A DNA stretch of 64,000 nucleotides from Octopus sinensis (Eukaryota), in the NCBI RefSeq assembly GCF_006345805.1, contig NC_042999.1:48360001-48424000 (forward strand), read 5' to 3'. Shown here piece by piece: positions 57,781-64,000 of the stretch. Positions within the stretch are counted from its first letter, which is position 1; the number at the start of each line of letters is the position of its first letter. Position numbers and translations under genes: made by a program. Under the pieces are notes generated by a model, which saw nothing but the letters and a program-made list of their open reading frames with translations, was not told where the DNA came from and made no database searches.

Positions 57781-58344
57781 ATATATATATATGTGTGCGT
57801 ACGTATGCGTGTGCATATATATAATGTAGATGTATAAATGCATACACACACATAGACACACATAGTAGATTGAAATCCATTCACTAGAGCGGTTTCAATC
57901 GAGTTTTATCGAAGAATAGAGTTATAATATAATTCCAAAAAAGAACCGTTTTATTCAGGTGATTTCAATAATTTAACAATAATTCCAAAAATCAACAATA
58001 TGTGGTACTTCATGGTTCCAGGTTAACGCGTGGGAACTAGCCCTTTTCCATCCGTTGTTTTTCATTTATCATTCATGTTACTTAGGAGCCTACAATTTGT
58101 GTGAATCTGGATTCAGTGTGGTGTGTGTTCCTAAGTACAGCCTCGTGTTATATTCAGTCGGTCACTTATGATCTTTGATGCAATTGCAATTTTATTCCAT
58201 TTTGTACTTCGGTATATACATATATGTTCCACTAATTTTGTTTCCTACATGATTGCAATATTGTTGACCCGAACTTAGTGCTTTCCTATCCAGGTACCCG
58301 TTTCCCTTCAATCCCAAACTCTTCTACCCTCCGTCTCTCATTTG

Positions 58345-58388
<44 letters not shown>

Positions 58389-58524
58389 ACACACATACGC
58401 ACTCACATAAATATATATATAAAATTGAATAAGGGTAGAAATTGATATTAATCAATTAAAACGGGTGGCCTAGCATATTCAAGAAATCCGAAGATTAAAA
58501 TATTAAAAAAACATTTTACATCTT

Positions 58525-58643
58525 GTTTTTTTGCTGAGTTTTTTCTTGAGAACACATTCTTCGTGGAAAATAGCGATTTTGACGTCCATATCTAGCATAT
58601 TGACTGTCCACTTTTAGTGGTCAGTCCTTCAAATTTTGTGTAT
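58525..58643 (+). repeat. ~120-bp dispersed repeat, second copy at 63265-63384
   Basis: gctgagttttttcttgagaacacattcttcgtggaaaatagcgattttgacgtc...cacttttagtggtca in both copies, each followed by (TA)n. Confidence 0.9.
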
Positions 58644-60748
58644 ATCTATATATATATATATATATATATATAATCTAAGTCAGTTCAAATGTGTCTGTGA
58701 CATAGGTTAGCTTTTAACTTCTAACTACAAATTCACTGCAGTTTATAAATATTCTCGCATATATTAAACGTTTAAGTATTTAAGAAAATCTATATTAGCA
58801 CATTGGTGCACTTTGTTGGACCCATAGATGCATCTCTGGCTCGTTATTCCTTCCTTTGTAGGGGATACCAAAGGGAGATAAGTTTTAGCTGACTCGGATT
58901 CCGAAGCTTAGAATAAATCAGTCAGTACCAGTGACTGTTTTACGCTCGCAGACTAACTAGTCTAATTAAAGACATTAGTATTCGCTGGGAGCAGCGATGA
59001 CAATTAAACAAAAATTATGCTACTTCAGATATGTTTGTGATATATATGTTTAATTTCTAAGGATAATTCCTTTGCAGTTTACTGTGGAGAAAAATGTATG
59101 AGAAGGTAAATAATTATTGTAGTATCACCATTATTTATATTGATATTTGTTTCTGCTATGACCGTGTAGTAACAATAAATTGAATAACGAAGCAGGGTAA
59201 CAACAGCGTAACGATCCAACAATCTCTCCACGAACTCTACACGTACAAATAAAGAAACGATACTCCGGCAAAATTCCAAAACGACACCTTACAACTTCTT
59301 GCGATTAACGCTTACTGTTTCTCGTCTCTCACTCAGAACGCTACTATTTGCAGTGGTTCGATCGAGTCTGTTCTTGCACGGAGTGTCCTGACACTCGCCA
59401 CAACACCTCTCCATTTGAGAATACGATTTCTGTAGGAAACGAAATTTATTTTATTGTTTTATTTTTTCTTTCTTTCCAACACGGCGCCCTTTTTGAAATT
59501 TTGCTTCACTGGGGAGTTCAGTACATTTTCCACTAAGGAATTATTTCTATATGCTTAGTCTGTTTACGCAGTGTGTTACTGCAACTTCTAAGTTCAATCA
59601 CTGCCGGTGCTGCCGCATCGAACATGTCGTAAGACACTTTCTTCGTGTCTCTCTTTTCTTTTTTATGATGAATTTCTATTTCTATGATGTATTTGTCCTT
59701 TACTGTTTCACTTCTTATATCTTACACAGTCACTGGTACTTCGAATGACTTTGTAGAAAGTGTTTATAACAAAGACTCCACAAACTAGACATGAACCAAC
59801 AAACAAAAATCCAGCAAAAAAACAAAATGACACCTTAATATACCCTTCGATTAACGTCTGCTCTTACTTGTCTCTCACTCAGACCGCTACTAATTATAGT
59901 CTTTTGGTCAAATCTATTCTTGCAGATGCTGTCATGATTCACTACAACACTTTATAGATAGTATATATATATATACATATATATATTGTAAACTACGACA
60001 GGTGGTCAGAGTAGAAATAAAGCACTATCCCATTCTCTCATTGTCAGTATACATATATGTCTTCATACATATATACATTCGTACGTATGAGTCCATAAAC
60101 GCACACAAGCACTCACGCGCACACACACACAAACACACACACACATACACATATATACATACATAGAGATATAAACAGATATATATGCATGTATATTTAA
60201 TCAATGATGCTTGATTCCTTTTAAAGATAGTTCCTACTTTCGTTGAATAACCTTACCTGCAATGTAAATTCAACCCATCAATAATGTTATTATATATTTT
60301 GCAAATAAATATTAATCAAACATGAAAGAAAATTTTGAATCGAACATAGAATGAAGTATTGTTATAGACGATCGTAATTGATTAATGATTTCATTTTGAG
60401 TGTGAAAGAAGCAATAATGTTTCTCGATTCATCGCTTAACCTGAAGAGAAACATATACATTAATCACAGACGTGTACGAATTAAAACAAATAAACTAATC
60501 AAATATATGTATAAATACGTTTAACTGATTATTAATATACTTTTAGAAAATATTAAAGAGAGATAAAATCTGTGTATCTTTCTTAGACTGGGAGAAAAAT
60601 TATGTAATGTAAAGAACCTTCACTTGATCAAATAATGACCAGAGGAAAATAGCACATTTCAAACAAATGTACGTATGTACATACACATGCGTGTATATGT
60701 ATACACGCATACGCACGTACGGAAACACAGGAAGACACAAGCACACGC

Positions 60749-60824
<76 letters not shown>

Positions 60825-61074
60825 ATATATATTATATATATATATATGTATGTAATATATTGTCAAATATAAGTGGCGGAAAACCGTATTGAAATACCAA
60901 GGAAACAGTAAGGTATAGAGTTTCAAATCGATAATAAACATGTGTGCTGCACTTTAATCGGAATTACAGAAAGCGGTTTGAGGGTGACATTTGACCTACA
61001 CATAAATCCATTCAAATATCAGAAAATATTGACAACGATTCCATCAACATACATCTGGTTATTGAAAAAATATT

Positions 61075-61334
61075 GTTGAAATTTATAGAAAAATAAAAGA
61101 CGACGACAGGTGTATGAACAAGAAGCTAGAGTATTAGTTTGACGCTCTGGTAAATTAAAAAGTCTTTTAGTTTTCGAGCCTACGCTCTTCAAGAGAAAGG
61201 AATAAGAGAAAATAAACTGAGAGAGAATGAAACAAAATTGTAGATCTTTTTCCCGAGCCTCAAAGTAATACACTTGCTTCTTGTTCATACAGCTATCTTC
61301 ATCTTTTTCTTTTTTTCTTTCAATAAATTTCAAC
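61075..61334 (-). mobile_element. PLE-type terminal repeat with an inverted partial copy and a degenerate hammerhead (61163-61196)
   Basis: 61075-61150 is the reverse complement of 61251-61334. Minus strand reads tctc-TTGAAGA-gcgtaggctc-GAAA-acta-aaaga. Confidence 0.65.
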
Positions 61335-61779
61335 TACATTTTATACGCTCCCGTACTTACCCCAGTGTGATCCTGACAGAACTTCCTACTCTTTTGACTT
61401 GCATGTCTGAACCACATTCCGAAATTCCAGCACCTCTCCTCATACATATACCAGCACCTGGATTAACTGTTGATCTACTGACTCTACCTTCACGGGTTTC
61501 AACGGAGAGTTTTCGTTATTGAAAAATGTGATTGCACCGTTTTTGAAAGCACATTTTTCCGATTTAGAATTACTAGTAAATACAGACAATAAATCCAATT
61601 AGCTGCCTTTTATTTGTAAGTTAGAAGTAAGCTTGCTCTAATTTAAATAGAATTTAAAACGAAAATCTGAATTATTGAAACTATTGAAAGACATCCTTTT
61701 AAATTTTTCATTTCGAAGCCTCTTCGAGCATAGCTAATCTCATTCATAACCGATTCTTCATATTAATATCATCATCTAG

Positions 61780-62040
61780 ATCATGCTGGAAACTTTCCAG
61801 TATTCTCTCTATCCCTGTAATACCTGTAGCATATCACATTTTATTCTTAGTCAGTCTATATATAATTCCATGATGTCGATTTTGCACAGCTTAATGATGA
61901 CTGTGATATTAATTCAGATTTTTACACACCCCGTGTATTTATGTAGCTTTAATGTTCGTACTTGGAATTCACTCCTCTCTACGTTTTCGTATCTTCTTTG
62001 CCGCCATTTCAAACAGTTTACCCGCTAAATTTGATAATTT
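61780..62040 (+). mobile_element. Possible decayed LINE ORF2 3' end
   Basis: SFNVRTWNSLLSTFS...FK resembles the FFxRTxxxWNSLP...FK C-terminal motif of CR1/L2/Jockey-group LINEs. Confidence 0.4.
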
Positions 62041-62123
62041 CTGAGTGCTGGTATTGTTTTTCTAACAGAGAACAAACTTACATATCATTTGCATTATCGT
62101 TGCCAGCAACAGGTATTTTTATC

Positions 62124-63062
62124 TCTCACTGTTTAAATGTTTCCCTATCGATATATTTTTCCAACTGAAATTATGTATTTATATCAATTAGCATTTTGTA
62201 TACGCTTTCTTTTAAAATATACCTTTCATAGCTCTCTGAAATAATGTATATTACAATTTTTTCCCTTTTTATCTGTTTCATCTAAATTCCAAATTCGTTC
62301 ATTTTCAACCGGTCTCCCCCTCCTTCTCTCATTCTTTCTCTCTCTCACATACTCTCCCTTATTCCCTCTCTCTTTCCCCTCTTTCTATCTCGCTATATAT
62401 ATCCCACACAACAGTTTAATAAATTTATGAATTGAATTTACATTTTAACTTTATTACCAACTCACTTCCTTTATTTTCTTTAATTTTTAAACGACTTTTT
62501 CTGCATTACTCCATGGCAGCAGAAATTATATCCAAATCTATTCATGAAGTTATAACATGTGCTATTATTCAATTCGTTATTAAATTTTGTATTATAATCT
62601 TCGATCGTTTGATTAATAAAATTAACGAGTTTTCTCGACTTCCAAATCCGGCAGTTCACTGTCCAAACATCTTTAAATGTTTATTTACAAACCGATTTCC
62701 CTTTCCCAATATAAAATAATTTTATTGTTCAAAAAATTAGCACTTGTCAAATAACGACATAATGCCTGAGCTTCTGTCTAAAATTTCTGGAATGTTCTCA
62801 CTTTCAAATACTTTTCATTGTGTTAGTGTGTGTGTGTGTGTATGAGTGTATGTGTATGTATGTTCTCTGTGTCTGTGTGTGCGGGTTCTGTACGCATGTG
62901 CTAATATATCAAATACGAAAATTCTTTTAATGAGCTGCAAAACATGAATTTTGACTATATAATGTCTCACTGTTTATGTATCTCCCTATCGATGTATTTT
63001 TCCGACTGAAATTATGTATTTATGTCAATTAGCATTTTGTATACGCTCCATTTTAAAATACC
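62124..63062 (+). repeat. ~100-bp direct repeat (about 62124-62223 and 62965-63062)
   Basis: tctcactgttta...ccctatcgat.tatttttcc.actgaaattatgtatttat.tcaattagcattttgtatacgct occurs twice. Confidence 0.88.
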
Positions 63063-63073
63063 ATATCTAAGAG

Positions 63074-63228
63074 TTACTGTGTGGTATGTAGCTTACTTAA
63101 CAACCGTACGGTTTCAGATTCAGTCCCACTGCGTGGCACATTGTGCAAGTCTCTTCTACTATAGCCTCGGGCAGACCAATGTCTTGTGAGTGGATTTGGT
63201 AGACGGAAACTGAAAGAAGCCCGTCGTA

Positions 63229-63267
<39 letters not shown>

Positions 63268-63382
63268 TTTGTGCTGAGTTTTTTCTTGAGAACACATTCT
63301 TCGTGGAAAATAGCGATTTTGACGTCTATATCTAGCATACAGACTGTCCACTTTTAGTGGTCACTACTTTAAATTTTGCATG

Positions 63383-63459
<77 letters not shown>

Positions 63460-63696
63460 ATATACACCACACATATATATATATGTATGTATGTATGTAT
63501 GTGTCTGTGTCTGTCCACCCAACAACGATTGAGAACCGATGCTGGTGTGTTTACGTCCCGTAATTTAGCTGTTCGGCAAAAGAGGCCGATAGAATAAGTA
63601 CTAGGCTTACAAAGAATAAGTCCTGGGGTCGATTTGCTCGACTAAAGGCGGTGCTCCAGCATAGCCACAGTCAAATGACTGAAACAAGTAAAAGAG
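63074..63696 (+). mobile_element. SINE family 2 with a foreign ~120-bp insertion in its internal (TA)n
   Basis: Head 63074-63230, insert 63265-63384, tail 63500-63696. Confidence 0.88.
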
Positions 63697-64000
63697 TAAT
63701 CATTGCCCACATTCGCGTTTAAATCGCCTGAAATGAGTTGTTACCAATATGTTGTTGAAACATCTGTAACCAAGGCAAATACGTGATACCAATAAAGCCA
63801 TTTTTTGTTATGTTATACTATGCGACTGACAGTTAAAACCTGGATTGTTCTTGTTTTTTGTTTTTTTTGTTGCTCTTTTTAGTCTGTGTGAAACGAAATC
63901 TTTCCACTGAAGAATTGTATCTTTGCATACATTGTATTAATCCATGTTCGTAGGAGTGGCGACTGCGGTGATAGCTTGGACGTCTAGATCCAATTTCATA

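Overview
AT-rich, microsatellite-dense eukaryotic genomic DNA. The repeat landscape suggests a cephalopod, probably Octopus, but that is an inference. I can support no intact host gene or exon, so the window reads as intergenic or intronic. Nearly all listed ORFs are (TA)n, (CA)n or (AAT)n read-through artefacts. The recognisable content is a layered transposon graveyard: Tc1 and mariner transposase remnants, a decayed RTE LINE, two R4/Dong-type endonuclease 3' fragments inside (AAT)n tracts, non-autonomous Helitron-like elements, three tRNA-derived SINE families, MITE-like palindromes, and Penelope-like (PLE) remnants (RT and GIY-YIG). The most interesting signals are: (1) several minimal type-I hammerhead-ribozyme motifs with palindromic stem III, one near-perfect and embedded in an interleaved A-B-A'-B' double inverted repeat at 53.2-54.1 kb; (2) a ~540-bp non-coding element found four times, always ending in an (AAT)n tract, with the same polarity as the Dong-like fragments; (3) composite Helitron ends bracketing other repeats; (4) several long hairpins and an inverted SINE pair that could form dsRNA. 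Coordinates were counted by hand and may be off by a few bases; no database searches or folding were run.
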